From the human T2T-CHM13v2.0 reference genome, Homo sapiens, in assembly GCF_009914755.1 (NCBI RefSeq), contig NC_060931.1: 64,000 nucleotides of DNA, one strand, 5' to 3'. Below are positions 61,719-64,000 of the stretch, one piece after another; the first letter of the stretch is position 1, and each line of letters opens with the position of its first letter. The notes beneath the pieces were generated by a model, which was given only the letters and a program-made list of their open reading frames with translations, made no database searches and was not told where the DNA came from. The translations under genes were made by a program, and so were the position numbers.

Positions 61719-62823
61719 TAGAGGAAGTTATGCTGTCAGGTTTAAAAAAAGAAAAATATAAAGGCTTTGTCAGTGTTATATTTTGTAATTAATTTACCGC
61801 CCACCAGATATAAACATTAGCTGGAAAACATTCTGTTAATAAATAAAAGTCCTGGATGTGAAAGAATAAATAAATGGATCCAAAATGTAGTTACAGTGCA
61901 TAGTGCTCCACTGGTCAGGCATATGGTTATCTCTGTCATCTGGAGCACAGGTATGAACCTAGAAATGATTAGCAAAGAGCCTAGGCGTGAAATCAAAGCA
62001 TTTTATAAACTTCTGAAGTATGAAGCCTTCTTAACAGACAAGACATATAGCTAAATTTTGAACTGGGATTTTAGGAGTGAGGAGGTGGTTCTTGCCTGTG
62101 TTTTATGTGAGTGAGAGCAAGTGAGTGTGTGTGTGTAGGCAGGGGAACTCTGCTTCTTGTCAGTGACTTCCTCAGATTCCTCTATCCCTCCGCCTCCCCG
62201 ACTACTGCTGCTGCAGTGGCTGCTCCCTGGGTTGTAGGAAGTGAGTGATAATGATGACGTCGGGGTGGAGAGTGACAAGCAACAACAGAGATTTCAATCT
62301 GCGGCTGACGAATGGGCCCATCATAATGCACTGGAATGAAATCGTAGGGACCACATCAAAGGCAGCCTCCAGTTTGTGGGACGCAGTCCCAACACTCCAA
62401 GGAGAGAAGGCCATAGAGTATATCCAGCATATGCGAAGGGAAAAACCACACGCCACTGAGATATTGATGACCTCAGCGGCAGAATGCTCTTCTGAAGGAG
62501 GAAGTCCGTGCACCGAAGGGGAGGTCAAGTGCCCAGCCACAGGCCAACTATCCCTCCTCAGACAGCATCCTCTACACCAATGCCAAGGGCAGCACCACCT
62601 CTGCCTTTGATGGGGGCTCCGACTGCAGCTCAGAGTTGGAGCCTGAAGAGGCCTGAAGTAGGAAGAAACTCCAGATGGAGGCCAGCTGAGTTACTCAGGG
62701 CAGGCCAGCAATAAACACTGTCTCCATCATCCTCCTTTCCGTTTCCTCAGAACCATTTGAGAGACTATTTTTCTCTTTCTCCCTTAAAAATTGTTTTTTA
62801 AATTTTTATGTAAAAGCTCTTGG

Positions 62824-63131
62824 GGCCTGGCACAGTGGCTCACGCCTGTAATCCCAGCACTTTGGGAGGCTGAGGCGGGCAGATCAGTTGAAGTCAGGAG
62901 TTCGAGACCAGCCTGGCCAACATGGTGAAACCCTGTCTCTACTAAAATTACAAAAATTAGCCTGGCGTGGTGGTGCACGCCTGTAATCCTGGCTACTCCG
63001 GAGGCTGAGGCAGGATAATTGCTTGAGCCCAGGATATGGAGGTTGCGGTGAGCCTAGATGGCACCACTGCACTCCAGCCTGGGCAACAGAGCAAGAGTCT
63101 GTCCCCCTCCCTACCCCACCCCCCCAAAAAA
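62824..63131 (+). mobile_element. Alu inserted in MAX pseudogene 3'UTR
   Basis: TSD aaaag(c/t)tcttg. Confidence 0.9.
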
Positions 63132-63451
63132 GTTCTTGTCCTCCTTCCCCATTTCTACTATAACTTAAAAAAAAAAAAAAGTGTTCCCTTCAGGGATTCC
63201 CTGTCTCCACCAAGAATTTTTAGACCAAAACACCCTAGCTTGGCAGCTTTTTCTGTGGAGGACAGATGGCCAGCCTGACCTCTGAGCACAGTATCCTGCC
63301 CACTCCACCAGCTCCTGCAGCCCTGCCCAGGCACATGCCTGGAGGACACCTGCCCCACCCAGGCTGCCTCCAGGTCCATGCTCACCTCTGTTTAACAGAC
63401 TTTGAGAATCTGTGAACTGCTCTTAAGAAGATGACTTTAAGAAGATGACTG

Positions 63452-63776
<325 letters not shown>

Positions 63777-64000
63777 TCAGATTTACACTTTCTCCTTTTT
63801 AAAGACTTTCTTCTCTTTTTCTAAAAAGCTATTTATCCCTCCAATTGAGTGACCAGATCCTTAAAGAAGTTTGTGGTGTAAAAAAAAGAGGGGTCGTGTT
63901 TGCAGCACAGAACCTTTGGCGTGTTTCTCTCCTGCTTCTCAGCCAATTGTTTAAGCCTACGGTGCCAGCCTTAAGGAGGGCTGCATGACACCTGTGGTAT

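Overview
Human-type (primate, Alu-rich) genomic DNA carrying the 3' three-quarters of NUP205 (nucleoporin 205, chr7q33 by recall) on the + strand. I resolved 33 coding exons (2724-59824). All are GT-AG bounded and phase-consistent, total 4566 nt = 1521 aa + stop, and correspond to exons 11-43 / aa ~492-2012. Intron 40 (56287-56735) is a U12 minor-spliceosome intron. About 2 kb past the NUP205 poly(A) signals, on the same strand, is a near full-length processed pseudogene of MAX (5'UTR, decayed CDS, and 3'UTR interrupted by two Alus, probably running to the window end). The introns hold ~53 Alu elements/fragments plus L1, L2, MIR, MLT1, Tigger4a, MER82, MER2, MER20 and MER5 remnants. Almost all non-exonic ORFs in the supplied track are Alu or L1 artefacts. 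I see no new multi-gene system. The best leads are the MAX retrocopy (its lesions mimic MAX disease alleles, and it has an in-frame gap at a MAX exon junction), the U12 intron, and several candidate cryptic/poison exons, including a 15-nt microexon near a (UG)20 tract. Exon numbers, residue numbers, repeat-family names and disease alleles come from recall, not from database searches. Repeat boundaries are approximate.
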